Of a DNA stretch of 64,000 bases, positions 24,125 to 37,558 are shown piece after piece. A program made the position numbers and the translations under genes. A model generated the notes under the pieces. The model was not told the DNA's origin and did no database searches. It saw only the letters and a program-made list of their open reading frames with translations. The stretch spans positions 55,924,001-55,988,000 of the forward strand of contig NC_043002.1 in the NCBI RefSeq assembly GCF_006345805.1, read 5' to 3'. Position 1 is the stretch's first letter. Every line of letters begins with the position of its first letter. This stretch comes from Octopus sinensis (Eukaryota).

Positions 24125-25792
24125 CTAAAAAATAGAAATTGTTGAGAAATTTTAACAAAGATGATCTCTAGAATAAGAGAAGATTAGTAATTTTAAGACA
24201 AGAAATTGGCAGAATTGTTAAAGCATTGGTTAAAATGGTTTATGGTACTTGTTCCAGTTCTTTGTATTCTGAGTTGAAATCTTGCTGAAGTGATCTTTGA
24301 CTTCCCCCTCCCAAAGTCAATATAATGAAGTCCACTCCAATGTGGTTGAATATTGAAATAGAGCATCAGATGAAATTCTTTGTAGCATTTGTTCTGGATA
24401 TTTCGATTCTCAGTGTCAAAGCAGTTGTACTGAACTTGCTGGTATGGGTTGGACACATTGACAGGAGCTGGCAAGGCCGGAGAGCTGCACCAGGCTCCGG
24501 TTGTCTGTTTTGACATGGTTTCTACAGCTGAATGCCCATCCTAATGCTAACCATTTTACATTGTGTGCTGAGGGCTTTTCATGTAGCACCAGCAGGGTTG
24601 CCAAGTAACTTGCAAGAAAATTTTATTTTGTAGTGTTTAGCAAGCTGTATGTGTTTAGATGTCAGTAAAGTTAGCATTTTACATTCTGTAAATAACCTTG
24701 TATTCAAACTAACTTTAAAACACTGTAGACACAAGATGTCCTTAATAACTAGCAACAAAAGTGTTGACAGGAAAACTTATATTCTTTAATGTCCTTCCTG
24801 TCACCAAGCCTCACCTGTTTCTCAGTAAGGTGTCGTTTCCCCATCATGACCTCACAAGTTTTCCAAGGAAACTGGAAACTAACAAAATCATTTGCATGAA
24901 TGATGTTCATTTACGGCCATCACATGATGTCAGAACAAGGGGACACACAAACACACACACATATATATCATCATCCTCAATTAATGACTGCTTTCCATGC
25001 TGGCATGGGTTGGACGGTTTGACTGAAAACTGGTAAGCCAGGGGGCTGCAATAGGTCCTGATCTGATTTGGCAAGGTTTCTACAGCTGGATGCCCTTCCT
25101 AATGCCAACCACTATGGTCTCACTTCGCTTGACAGGTCTACACTAGCCCGGTATATCGCCAAAGGTCTTGGTCACCTGTCACTGCCTCCATGAGGCCCAA
25201 CGCTCAAACTGTGCTCTTTATATGCCACCAGTACAGGTGCCTGTCAGGCAGCACTGGTATCGGCCATGACTACAATTTCACTCAGTTCGACAAGTCAAGC
25301 ACAGCATGTCGCCCAATGATTGAAGGGTGCTTTTAACGAGCCAGTTATGCTACACTGGCATCAGCCATGACTAAGATCCCACTTGGTTTGACATCACTGC
25401 CTCCATGAGGCCCAATGCTCGAACAGTGCTTTTTACATGCCACTGGCATGGGTGCCAGTCAGACAGCACTGGCATCAGCTATAACTATATATATATATAT
25501 ATATATGACAGGCTTCCACACAGTTTCCATCTGTCAAATCTACTCACAAGGCTTTGGCCAGCCCAAGACTACAATAGAAGTTATCTGCTTCAGGTGCCAT
25601 GCAGTGAGATTGAACCTAAAAACACATGGCTGGGAAGCAAGCTTCTCAACCATACAGCTACACAAGGGTTTACATATGACATAAGTATAAACCCTACAGA
25701 AGAAATAAGAGGAGGGAATCCAGAAAAGATCATTAAATAGAAAAAGTAAAAAAAAAAAAAAAAGACCAAAAAAAAACCCCCAAAAGAATCAC

Positions 25793-25874
25793 CTTTAACA
25801 TCTCTTTTAATATTCTGTCTTGACTGCCATTGATGATTTTATCAAGATTCGCTTTCAAACAGAGCAGAAGATGT
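25793..25874 (-). CDS. DOCK3/DOCK4-like: DOCK exon: (R)HLLLCLKANLDKIINGSQDRILKEMLK
   Basis: Phase 2 to 0 fits; cag/gtgatt; corresponds to ELIRCLK...IQEAMR. Confidence 0.85.
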
Positions 25875-26825
25875 CTGAAATAGAAACAACAGATGTATCA
25901 TTATCATTATTATCATTATTATTATTATTGTTAAACGATGATGATGATGATGATGATTATTATTATTATTATTATTAAGGTGGTGAGCTGGCAGAATTGT
26001 TAGCATGCTGGATGAAATGCTTATTGGTATTACACCTGTTGCTACGTTCTGAATTCAAATTCCGCTGAGGTTGACTGTGCCTTTCATCCTTTCAGGGTTG
26101 ATATATTAAGTACCAGTGGAAAACTGGGGTCCCTCCCACAAAATTTCAGGCCTTGCACCTTTAGTAGAAAGGGTTATTGCCACCGCCGTCATAATTATTA
26201 AGGCGGTGAGCTGGCAGAATCGTTAGCACACTGGACAAAATGCTTAATAGCATTTTGCCTGTCACTACATTCTGAGTTCAAATTCCGCTGAGGTCGACTG
26301 TGTCTGACCGGCTCTTGTGGTACCATCCCACTCATTTTAGCAAGTAAGACGGATGTTAAATGATGATGATTGACTGCCAGGATGGATTCCACAGAGCCAA
26401 ACATATCAGATTTACTCTCAAAATTACTCACAAAACGGTTTCCAAGTGAGTCACTATTTCTTCATGGCCAGACATGTTTTTTATGGAAGGTTGGGAACTG
26501 GTGACGTTCATTCATAACCATCACACAATGTCAAGACAAGGAGATGCTAACACATACACACGATGGGATTCTTTCAGTTCCTGTCCAGCAAATCCACTTA
26601 CAAGGCTTTGGCCATGCTGGAGCTGCAGTAAAAGACACTTGCCAAAGTTGCTATGCAATGGGACTGAGCCTGAACCAATGTGATTGGAAAGTGAACCACT
26701 TCTGAAGAATCAAATATTTGGGAAGCAACATTTGTAATAGAAATGAAATGAAGAACAAATATTGAGATGTAACAGCCATTTGAAGGTGAAGGCAAGGAGC
26801 TTTCAAAGCGAAACAGATAACGTAC

Positions 26826-26926
26826 CTGTACACTAAAGATGAGGAAAAAGTGTCAGTGAGATATGACTGGAAGCCAGGAACATATTGCTTGAATGTACGG
26901 TTTGTTAACAAATAAAAAACATGGAC
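26826..26926 (-). CDS. DOCK3/DOCK4-like: DOCK exon: VHVFYLLTNRTFKQYVPGFQSYLTDTFSSSLVY(R)
   Basis: In-frame link between flanking exons; cag/gtacgt. Confidence 0.9.
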
Positions 26927-27061
26927 CTGTTAAAAAAAAAAAGACAGAAGTGAAAGGTAATGATACAGACACATGAGTATACCCAACTCCTATATTCCAG
27001 TACATAAGATATGAACACGGAAACAAAAAGCAGAAACCTATTTTAGAAGTACATTTGTGAG

Positions 27062-27555
27062 CATTATTTACAATGGACAGATAGATGTCCTCACCATGTT
27101 TGTTGTTAGCACATTTCGACTGATGTACCCTCCAGCTTTCATCAAGTGTTCTGGTGGAATTTCAAACCCAACCCTTTATTTGACTAATGGGGTACTCTGT
27201 TCTCATTCCTAGGGTATTATTTTTTTGCTGATGTTATTTTTTGTTGATATTATATAGGATATAGTGTAGTGGATGAGAGTGCGGGCTACTAACCGTCAGA
27301 TTCTGAGTTCAATCCCAGGCAGAGACTTGGGTAATAATATATCAACAAAAAAATAACATCAGTAAAAAAAGAATACCTTAGGAATGAGAACAGAGTATCC
27401 CATTAGTCAAATAAAGGGTCGGGGTTGAAATTCCACCAGAAGACCTGATGAAGGCAGGAAAGTAAATCAGCCGAAATGTTGTGATAACAACAAATAAGGT
27501 GAGGATACCTATTGTAGATAATGTACATAATTCCTCATCCCTAAAATATAGATTA
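27062..27555. mobile_element. Second inverted dimer of the hammerhead-tailed SINE (left arm lacks the head)
   Basis: Inverted arms; flanking direct repeat GTACATTTGTGAG/GTACAATTGTGAG (12/13). Confidence 0.8.
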
Positions 27556-27719
27556 GTACAATTGTGAGATATCAACATTGAATTTTTTTTTTTTTTTTAT
27601 ATAATTATGGGATAAAGATTCTTTGTAACTCAAAGAAATAGCAAAATGACATTACACACACATACACACACACGTCTTTTACTTATTTCAGCTCACATAT
27701 TCTTTACTTTTCTACTTAC

Positions 27720-27806
27720 CAAGGCATCAAATACAACTTGATTATATTTTTCCAAATATTCTGTACAGAACATGTCAAACAAAGCATCCAAGATGTCATG
27801 TAAATA
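27720..27806 (-). CDS. DOCK3/DOCK4-like: DOCK exon: YLHDILDALFDMFCTEYLEKYNQVVFDAL
   Basis: Corresponds to FLQDILD.LF...VF..L; cag/gtaagt. Confidence 0.95.
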
Positions 27807-28789
27807 CTGAAAATAAACAATAAGCTATAATAACATATTGTACTACTACAGAAAATCTTTAGATGGTGATAATAATAATAATAATAATAATAATAATCTT
27901 TTCTATACTAGGCACAAAGCCTGAAATTTTGTAGGACAGGGCAAGTCAATTAGATCGACTCCAGTACACAACTGGTACTTAATTTTTCGATCCTGAAAGG
28001 ATGAAAGGCAAAGTTGATCTTGGCGGAATTTGAATTCAGAACGTAAAGATGGATAAAATACCGCAAAGCATTTCGCCCAGCATGGTAACATTTCTGCCAG
28101 CTCACCATCTTGATGATGATGATGATGATGATGGTTTCAAATTTTGGCACAAGTCCAGCAATTTCAGAGGAGGAGTTAAGTCGATTACATCAACCCCAGT
28201 GCATAACTGGTACTTATTTTATTGACCCCAAAAGTATGAAAGGTAAAGTCAACCTTGGCAGCATTTGAACTCAGATCATCAAGTCAGAAGAAATGTCACT
28301 AACATTTTTATCGACGTATTCATGATTCTACCACCTTGATAATAATAATAATAATAATAATAATCCTTTCTGCTAAAAGCACAAGGCCTGAAATTTTAGG
28401 GGAGGGGACTAGTCGATTACATCAACCCCAGCACTCAGCTGGTACTTATTTTATCGAGCCTGAAAAGATGAAAGGCAAAGCTGACCTTGGCAGAATATGA
28501 ACTCAAATACTAATAGCTGATACAAGCATTGGTGGGTTGATTTCTCTCATCCCTCTTTACATTGTACAGAGAGAAAGGGAGATAGAGAGGAGAGAAGAAA
28601 GAGAGAGAGTTGACATGATAGGATGAATGGAGAAAATCAAAAAAGGAGGAGGAAATGAGAGAGTTGTCATGTTTAATAAACTTAACGTTTCTCAGCAAAA
28701 ATTAGTTTCAAATATGAGATTCTTCAACAAAAGACACCTTGGTACATAAAACTGCTCTCCACAGTTAAGGATAATGAAATTTTGAGTAG

Positions 28790-29535
28790 ATATATCTGAT
28801 GACTACAATAAAACAGTTAACTGGAAATTTCAATGATGACCTTGTTCTTAAAGCTGAATCACTACCGAATTTGGAGAAGAAATTTCAGGAGTGGAATCAA
28901 AGGGTTTTAGAGTTAATTTAGCAAAAACCAATGAACTAATAATAAGTAGGAAAGGAGACAAAATCACAAATCTCTTCAGGTAGATGGCCTTGCTCCATAT
29001 GTAGAAAAAATGTAGGTAGAAAATTTATAAGATGGACCGGGTGTAAGGTATGGACACAAAAGAGGTGCAATAATATCAGATGAAAGTTAACAGGGCAAAA
29101 TAGTCTGTGTGTAGCAGATGTACAAAATGTACAGAAAATAGACTCCAACAAATGCCAAGGGGGATATCAAGAAGTAGTCGATAGCTTCTGTTACTTAAGT
29201 GACTTGGTTAGTAGTGGGGGTGGATGCTCTATGAGTATAGCTGCTAGAATAAGAATAGGCTGGGTAAAGTTCAGAGAGTTTCTACCTTTGTTGGCAACAA
29301 AGGCCCTTTCTCTCAGAATAAAAGGCAGACTGTATGGTGCCCGTGTGTCAACAGCCATGCTACATGGCAACGAAACTTGAGCTGTGAATGCAGAGGACAT
29401 GCGAAGGCTTGAAAGAAATGAAGCTAGTATGCTTCACTGGATGTGCAATGTCAGTGTGCATGTATTACAGAGCATATCTTGAGAGAATATTTGGGCAGAA
29501 GAGGCATCAGATGTAGTGTGCGAGAGAAACAACTG
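28790..29535 (+). mobile_element. Decayed RTE-type LINE RT fragment
   Basis: Broken frames resemble DDLVL.AES.., GRWPCSIC.., ARIRIGWVKFRELLPLLAT.., RRLERNEASMLHWMC. Confidence 0.85.
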
Positions 29536-29648
29536 CACTGGTAAGGTCATGTGATGTGTATGTTTGGAGCTGTGATGCTTTACAAAATGCTCTGACAACT
29601 GAGAAATATCTTAAAAAGAAAACTTTTACAGAAAAGCTCTCTGCTTAC

Positions 29649-29746
29649 CCTGACAATATCTCTTCCATTAATACTCATCAGCTTCTCCAAACTTTGTTCA
29701 ATTTTGTCAGTTTTCATTCGCCATTGCAATATATCAAGGAGATCTT
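29649..29746 (-). CDS. DOCK3/DOCK4-like: DOCK exon: (K)DLLDILQWRMKTDKIEQSLEKLMSINGRDIVR
   Basis: Corresponds to DLL.LL.W...G.EIVK; cag/gtaagc. Confidence 0.93.
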
Positions 29747-30609
29747 CTGCAAATTAAAAAAAAAAAACAAAGAAATGAAACGACAAATTATTTCACCATA
29801 TTCAACGGCTTCAATATAACAACATTAGGGTCATCAAGAAAGGGGCATGTGAACCCTTAACATAATTCTCAAGCAGATACAGCCACTTCTCTTGATTCCT
29901 CTCCCTCTCTTAGTAGAAAGCCCCTTGTTTTGCATGCTACTTGACAACCCTGCATCGAGTAGTGGTGCTGGTGCAACATAACAACCCCACCCACCATGCT
30001 GGTGCCATATGAAAATCACCAGTACACTCTGTAAAGTTGTTGGCATTAGGAAAAGTATCCAGCCATAGAAACTGTTCCAAAGTAGACATTGGAGTGTAGT
30101 GCAGCTCTCTGGCCTTGCCACCTCCTGTCAAACCATGTGTCAGCATGGAAAACGGACATTTAATTACAATCCATTCAATAGGTTTCCATACAGTTTCCAT
30201 CTACCCAGTTTCACTTCCAAGATATGGATTGGTCTGAAGGTGTGGAAAATAACATTTACACAGGATTCCACAGAGCGAGAATGAACCTAGCACCCAGATT
30301 GCAAATTTCAGTTTTTGTCTACTAAATACATTCATAAGTGTTTAGGTAGTCCAGGGCTACAATACTGATTTAAAAAAAACACTTGCCCAAGCTGTCATGC
30401 AGTGGGACTGAACCTGGAGTCGTGTGGTTGGGAACAAAATTCTTAACCACATTGCCATAAAAAAAAAACACTTGCCCAAGCTGCCATGCAGTGGGATGGA
30501 ACCTGGAGCCATGTGGTTGGGAAGCAAGATCCCTAGCCACACTGCCATGCCAGCACCTGTCCTAATTTTTAGAATAATATGCATACAATAAGGACAAGAT
30601 AATTTAAGC

Positions 30610-30861
30610 CAGTGGTTACCAAACATTTTCAGGCTGCCCCCCCTTGGTTCTAATTCCAACCACCCCCTCCACTCCCCATCACAGACATAAACCATTTTCT
30701 GCAGCAAATTCAAAACAACAGTGTTTCACAATGAAAACTTAACCTAATTAATTTGTTATTGTTTTTTTTTTACATCCATTGCCCCATTTTGGTTACCCCA
30801 TTTTTCTTCAATGCCCCCCACCCCAACTGGATCTTTCCACCACCCACTTTAGAAATCACTG
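30610..30861. mobile_element. hAT-family MITE
   Basis: CAGTG...CACTG termini; perfect 8-bp TSD ATTTAAGC. Confidence 0.88.
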
Positions 30862-31224
30862 ATTTAAGCTACAAAATAATAGATAATATAAAAAAGTCAT
30901 AGAAACTGAATTTAGTCATCTCCTGCTGCACGGACTTGCTGACTGGGCTACCCCCCACCCTCCCACAATGTCATTAGCACAGACAAAAAACAACAATAAT
31001 GCTTCTTTTATTTAACACTAAGGGCTTACGAAAAACATTAGGGTTGGTACACGACAGTACAATGTGGGCTTACATAAATAGAAGCATGTAAGCAGTAAAA
31101 ATGATGGTATAAATTCTAACAAAAAAAAATTCACCAAAGGAGGGAGTCTTCCAAGGTCCACTCTTGGAAACTTCACAGAATAAATAAATACAATGTTGGA
31201 AAAAAAGGTAAAGTTCTATATTAC

Positions 31225-31384
31225 TGTTTTGTGTAAACTTTGTGGAACAAAGGCAGGAACTGATGGTCAAAGTGTCTCTGGAATTCCGTTGGTAGATGGC
31301 TGACACAGATGAAAGAGAGGTTTCCGAAGGACTTTGTGGGAGATTTAAATAATCCATGCAGGTTAAATTTACAAGGGTATCACA
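31225..31384 (-). CDS. DOCK3/DOCK4-like: DOCK exon: CDTLVNLTCMDYLNLPQSPSETSLSSVSAIYQRNSRDTLTISSCLCSTKFTQN
   Basis: Conserved STK(L/F)TQN at the end of DHR-1; cag/gtaata. Confidence 0.95.
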
Positions 31385-32599
31385 CTGTAACAGAGAGAAA
31401 AAGTAATGTTATTTTGTTACACAGACAATGTTAGGATGATTGAATTTCTTAAGAATACCTCAAAACAGCAAGAATTACCAATAAAGGACACCAAATGAAG
31501 ACAAACTTTTAAGCAGAACCGAAAGACATGCTTTTGAGGAGGAAGGAGAGAGAGAGATGTAGTGAACCAAAACTACCAAGGGCTCACTACATCATATAAA
31601 CAACCTTCCTTCCCAGCAGTTAAACCCTCCATGCTTACATGAAAACTACCCAAGTTGGAAGTTGGGTACCTCAATCAACTCCTGGGGTATTCAGAAAACA
31701 GGTTCACTCTTTGCACTCAGCAGAGAGGAACAATCATGGGCCTCAGTAAATGCAAACCCATCTTATCTAAACTGAAACCGGGTGGGAAGGGCTCAGACAG
31801 TCCTCTTTAGTTCAGGCAGACATCATTTGAAGTTCAATTTATAACATCTATAGCATAAATTGCAACAGTTCAGGAGTAACTGAATTAGTCAAGAGAGCCA
31901 AACCCCCACCGCACCCCGCCCACTTTTCTCTTTCAAAAACATGATTCAAAAACATTAATTTGCAAATCATCAACAGCAGCATCGCCACAGCTTCAGAACA
32001 GACCCCCCACACACACACACACTATATATGAGATAGACAAATACTGTCTATTCTGCAACTCTTCACCCCAACTCACCCCCCGTTTCTGCTCTATCAGCTA
32101 TCTCCACTCCCTATTTTCAGACTCATCTGCCTAACTTGTCACCCCTCAACCCTATCTAATCTCTCCAGTTGCCACCTATTTTTTCTTACCTGTCACCAAC
32201 CCTCACTTATTTCCTTGTGAGGTAACATTTTCCCCTGGTCAGGAGATGTTTTCACACGAGATTGCAAATGAATACCACCACTTGTATGATGTCATGTTTA
32301 ACACACACACACACCCATGCACAGAAATACATACATGGTGGGCTTCTTTTCAAAATTCAATCTCCTAAACACAATGGGACATAGGGAATGGTTGCTTGAA
32401 AGAGACTCCTTTTCATGTCTGGAAGTCTACGTTCCTTTCTACTCGAGGTGCAAGACCCGAAATTTTGGGGGAGGGGGCCAGCCAATTAGAGCGACCCCAG
32501 TACACAACTGGTACTTAATTTATCGATCCTGAAAGGATGAACGGCAAAGTTGATCTCGGTGGAATGTGAACTCAGAACATAAAGACAGACAAAATACCT

Positions 32600-32830
32600 A
32601 TTTCTTTATTACCCACAAGGGGCTAAACATAGAGGAGACAAACAAGGACAGACATAGGTATTAAGTCGATTACATTGACCCCAGTGCGTAACTGGTACTT
32701 AATTTATCGACCCCGAAAGGATGAAAGGCAAAGTCGACCTTGGCGGAATTTGAACTCAGAACATAACGGCAGACGAAATATGGCTACGCATTTCGCCCGG
32801 CATGCTAACGTTTCTGCCAGCTAGCCGCCT
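32600..32830 (-). mobile_element. tRNA-derived SINE family 2. Other copies at about 9,730-9,967, 16,180-16,900, 25,977-26,310, 27,895-28,505, 33,470-33,670, 50,225-50,450
   Basis: Head ggcgg.gagctggcagaa..gttagc, B-box GAGTTCAAATTCC, body gcctttcatcctttcggggtcgataaattaagtacc. Confidence 0.85.
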
Positions 32831-33703
32831 GGAAGTCTACATTGCCACACTAGAGATAACTGGATGATGGCATCCCAAGCTTTACCAATTTGTGAGTGTT
32901 TACATCACATAGACTCTTATCTCAAAATTGGAAAGAAGACAGGATGTAGCCTACATTTGCATGCTAAGACTGGTTTTCAATGTTAGCTGGAGAGACTGCC
33001 TGACCAATGAGCAATTGAATGGGAACCTTTATTCAGTAACAGACACCAAAGAGCATGGAATAAGATTCACAGGGCATTGCCAGAGAGCTACAGATGAAGT
33101 TGTTAGTGAAGCTCTTTTGTGAGAGCCAACACAAGGAAGAGCTAGAAGAGAATGTGATGCAAGGAACTGTATTGAACAGATTTGTGACAACACCAACTGC
33201 AATTCCTCTCACCTGCCAAGTATTATAGACAATAGAAATGGATGGCAATAGAGAGTCACAGGAATCCAGGCAAGCAGTGTAAGTGGATGATGATGAAGAT
33301 GATGATCTACTAAATCTGTTCACACACACACACACTATTCTGTTATGTGTTTCAGCTCCAGGGCTGTGGCTATGTTGGGGCACCACAAGTAATAACAAGT
33401 CTCCCCAGTGGGGAATTGAACACCAGTCTCCTGCATGACAGGCAGGGATTAATGTTGTGAAACTTTGGCATAATGCTAGCAAGCTCAGGGAAGGGGATAA
33501 GCCCGATTACATTGACCCCAGTGTATAACTGGTACTTTTCTTATCGATCTCGAAAAGATGAAAGGCCAAATTGACCTTGATGGAATTCAAGCTGAGAACG
33601 TAAAGGTTGACGAAATGCTGCTAAGTTGTTTGCCTGGTATGCTAAGGGTTCTGCCAACTCACCATCTTAATACCTTCAGACATTAAAGAGAAAATGTTCT
33701 TAC

Positions 33704-33810
33704 TTTATAAATACACAAAGTGTGGGTGGCATCTGTAAGTGTTATGTCTTGATTGGTAATTTTGATGAAAGAAAACCCGAGCAAATTCTCCCCTTGTTTT
33801 TTGTCACTTG
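33704..33810 (-). CDS. DOCK3/DOCK4-like: DOCK exon: (T)SDKKQGENLLGFSFIKITNQDITLTDATHTLCIYK
   Basis: Phase-compatible with neighbours; cag/gtaaga; DHR-1 GF.F...TL.D..H.L..YK. Confidence 0.93.
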
Positions 33811-33932
33811 CTGCAAATGAAGAATAAAGAGAGAAAAATCAAATCAAAAACTGTTCAAAAACCTGCGTAAAAAAAAAACAATGACAACAACAAAATGTGT
33901 GAGAGAGGATTAACTTTTTGGCTACAACTTAC

Positions 33933-33996
33933 TTGAACAATGCCGCAGTTCCAGTCGGATGTGTGCACCAGTGAACTTCTCTATGGGTAAAGTAAA
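33933..33996 (-). CDS. DOCK3/DOCK4-like: DOCK exon: FTLPIEKFTGAHIRLELRHCS
   Basis: RHCS is the DOCK-B form (DOCK1 has RHRS); cag/gtaagt. Confidence 0.95.
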
Positions 33997-34094
33997 CTGC
34001 AAAGTGGAAAAACACAGCCTTATGGTTTACAGGGGTAAAGACAGTTCATCTGATATATATATATATAAAGGGATAGATAGATAGATAAATAGAT

Positions 34095-34126
<32 letters not shown>

Positions 34127-34354
34127 CAGCAATCACACAAAAAAATTAAGAATTATTTTCTCTACCTATGCTGGTGCCACATAAAAAAGCTCTGAGTACA
34201 CTCTGTAAAGTGGTTGGCATTAGGAAGGGCATCCCACTGTTAAAACCATGCCAAAAGCGGGCAATGGAGCTTGGTGCAGCTCTCTGGCTTGCCAACTCCT
34301 GTCAAACCATCCAGACCATGCTAGTATGGAAAATGGACATTAAATGATGACAAT

Positions 34355-35321
34355 GATCATCATCATCATCATCATCATCATTTAACGTCCGTTCTCCATG
34401 CTAGCATGGGTTGGACGGTTCAACTGGGGTCTGTGAAGCTGGAAGGCTTCATCAGGCCCAGTCAGATCTGGCAGTGTTTCTACGGCTGGATGCCCTTCCT
34501 AACGCCAACCACTCCGTGAGTGTAGTGGGTGCTTTTTACGTGCCACCTGCACAGGTGCCAGACAGAGCTGGCAAACGGCCACGAACGGATGGTGCTTTTA
34601 CGTGTCACCGGCACGGGGCCAGGCGAGGCTGGCAACGGACACGAACGGATGGTGCTTTTACGTGCCACCGACACGGGGGCCAGACAGGGCTGGCAAACGG
34701 CCACGAACGGATGGTGCTTTTACGTGTCACCAGCACGGGGGCCAGACAGAGCTGGCAAACGGCCACGAACGGATGGTGCTTTTACGTGTCACCGGCACGG
34801 GGGCCAGACAGAGCTGGCAAACGGCCACAAACGGATGGTACTTTTACGTGTCACCGGCACGGGGCCAGGCCAGGCTGGCAACGAACACGAACGGATGGTG
34901 CTTTTACGTGCCACCTACACGGGGGCCAGACAGGGCTGGCGAACGGCTACGAACGGATGGTACTTTTACGTGCACGGGAGCCCTGATGTTGATCGACCTC
35001 AATTTGGTTTGATCTTGATTTTGACTGTTCTCACTGGTCTTGCCGGGTTTTCTCACGCACAGCATACCTCCAAAGGTCTCGGTCACTGGTCATTTCCTTG
35101 GTGAGACCTAAAGTTCGAAGGTCGTGCTTTACCGCCTCGACCCAGGTTTTCCTGGGTCTACCTCTTCCACAGGTCCCCTCAACTGCCAGGGTGTGGCACT
35201 TTCGCACACAACTATCTTCAGCCATTCTCATCACATGACCATACCAGCGCATACGTCTCTCTTGCACACAACAACTGATACTTCTTAGGTTCAACTTTTC
35301 TCTCAAGGTACTTTGTTTCAA
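34355..35321 (-). mobile_element. 5'-truncated RTE-type LINE: RT C-terminus, long 3'-UTR with internal VNTR, (GAT)n tail
   Basis: ORF ...QERRMRWYGHVMRM...GRGRPRKTWVEAVKHDL... runs directly into the tail found in many short copies in the window. Confidence 0.92.
34530..34980. repeat. ~60-62-bp VNTR (about 7 units) in a LINE 3'-UTR
   Basis: Recurring ACGAACGGATGGTGCTTTTACGTG core. Confidence 0.9.
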
Positions 35322-36420
35322 ATAGCTTGAGGCACCGTTTCCACACTATACAATGGTTCGTATGCATAATCATTCAATTAATAACAGAACAATTAAGTAC
35401 AAATCATTATCTTCGGAGAATAAAAGTTATTATGGTAGATTTTTCAGATTCTGCTACAAACCAAACTTGTGGAAGCAAGATTGTTGACAACAGACATATC
35501 AAATTACCTTTTTTCATTTATTATCCGTTTTCCATGCTGGAATGGGTTGGATGGTCTGACTGGGGTCTGGAAAGCCAGGAGGCTGCACCAGGCCCCAATC
35601 TGATCTAGCAAGGTTTCTACAGCTGGATGCCCTTCCTAATGCCAACCACTCCAAGAGTGTAGTGGGTGCTTTTTACATGCTAGCAGCACAGAGGCCAGAG
35701 GAGCTGGCATCGGCCATGATCGGATGGTGCTTTTTACGTGCCACCTATCTCTTTGCCAAATTCACAGTCCTGAGATGTCAATATCTCAATTAAGTGTTGG
35801 AGTGTGTTATTCAACGAGAATATAGCTTCAAGAAGATCATCGCTGTTTAACAACTTTATCTGCTGACCAGTGTTCATTTCCGGCAGATTGATGTTAAGTG
35901 GTAATAAGGTAACTTAGCTATACACTGAAGATGTGGAACATACAGGGTACAAGACAGTAAAAATATAAGGAAAGGAAAAAAAGAAGGGGAAGTCTTTGAG
36001 AGGAGGTTAAAGTGTGATAGAGGGACAAGCATAGGGGTCTTACTTGTGAAGAGATATAATGCTGGCTACTCAGCATTATATAAGATGGTGGAAGATGAGA
36101 GTAGCTGAGAAGAAGATAAGCTGGTAGTGAAGGGAGACTCAAGAAGCAAGGGTGAGCATAAGAGCAGATCGGGAGTGGAGAGTGTGTAACTTATATATAA
36201 AAAAACAAATTTACAGCATTTAGATTTACACCAATAGGATTGGGGGAACCAAAACCATTGTATCAATGGCAGAAAAGACGAAGGAAAGATGGTATTGGTG
36301 GTGGTGGTGGGGAGTTTCTGAGGAGAAAAAATACAGAATATTAGTAAATGATGGAATATGGGTGTGCAAAGATGGTAATCCATAGATGAGAATATTTTAG
36401 TCAGAAAAGTTATAACTCAC

Positions 36421-36519
36421 CTTGACTGTTTCCTTCCATTTTGGGTTATTGGAGTGATAGAAAACGGTGGAATGATAATATGAAGATGGTGGTTCACCAA
36501 TACCTCGATAAATACAATC
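36421..36519 (-). CDS. DOCK3/DOCK4-like: DOCK exon: DCIYRGIGEPPSSYYHSTVFYHSNNPKWKETVK
   Basis: DOCK3/4-type DCI..G.GEP...YHS.V.YHSN.P.W motif; cag/gtgagt; 99 nt. Confidence 0.96.
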
Positions 36520-36940
36520 CTGCAGAAAAAAGGAAGGAAAAAACAGCCATAAATTCACAATCCTCATGAATTACAATAAATAGAGATAATAATTTGTTTT
36601 ATATATATATATATAAACTGACCCCAGGACTTATTCTGTGTAAGCTTAGTACTTATTCTATTGGCTTCAATTGCCAAACTGCTAAGTTACAAGGATGTAA
36701 ACACACCAACATCAGTTGTCAAGTGATGGTGGGGGGACAAAAACAGACACACGCACACATCTATGATGGGCTTCTTTCAGTTTCCATCAACCAAATCCAC
36801 TCACAAGGCTTTGGTCAGCCCAAGGCTATAGTAGGAGATACTTACCCAAGATGCCATGCAGTGGGAATGAACCCAGGGCCATGTGGTCGGTAAGCAAGCT
36901 ACTCACCACACACCCATGTTTGTATATGTGTATACACACA

Positions 36941-36971
<31 letters not shown>

Positions 36972-37558
36972 CCACACACACACACACACACTCAGAATGT
37001 TAATTTTCAATGAAGCATATATATTAGGTGGGGGTTCTGGAGAATCATATTTGCAGAGTAAGTTTATATTAAAAGAAAGGTTGGAAAATTTGCCGTTTTT
37101 AATTCCATGTTACACACATTTCATTACAGGATAGAAGTTACACTGTATAAACAGACAGAAATATATATATATGTATTGCCCTGCCCATCAAGCCAGCCTG
37201 TTTTGCATAGGTGTGTACATGTGTATGCAGCTATGTTTTTACACTTATGCTCTGCAAATGTTGGGAGCTTTAGCAGTGTTGCTGTCAACAAATTGTCCAC
37301 TCATTTTGTGTGTGAAGAAAAAAAATCCCTAACCTGATAAACAGATGAGGGTTAGTGACTGTAAAGGCAGCCAACTATATAACAATGCCTTGGTAATATA
37401 TACATCTAATCCAAGCTAGCATGCAAAAATAGATATGAAAATGTATTGTTATTGATAGAAAACAATACAGATGCAGCTGAATCAAATACAAGGGAAAATC
37501 GCCATTTTATTTATGCTCTGACAAGAATATAAGACAAGGTAATGATTTCTTAACTTAC

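Noticed and set aside
24700-24725. Candidate DOCK exon CFKVSLNTR
   Set aside because: A much better match with proper splice sites was found at 24,072-24,124.
34411-35104. Two 191-aa ORFs and overlapping ORFs
   Set aside because: These are translations of the ~60-bp VNTR in a LINE 3'-UTR.
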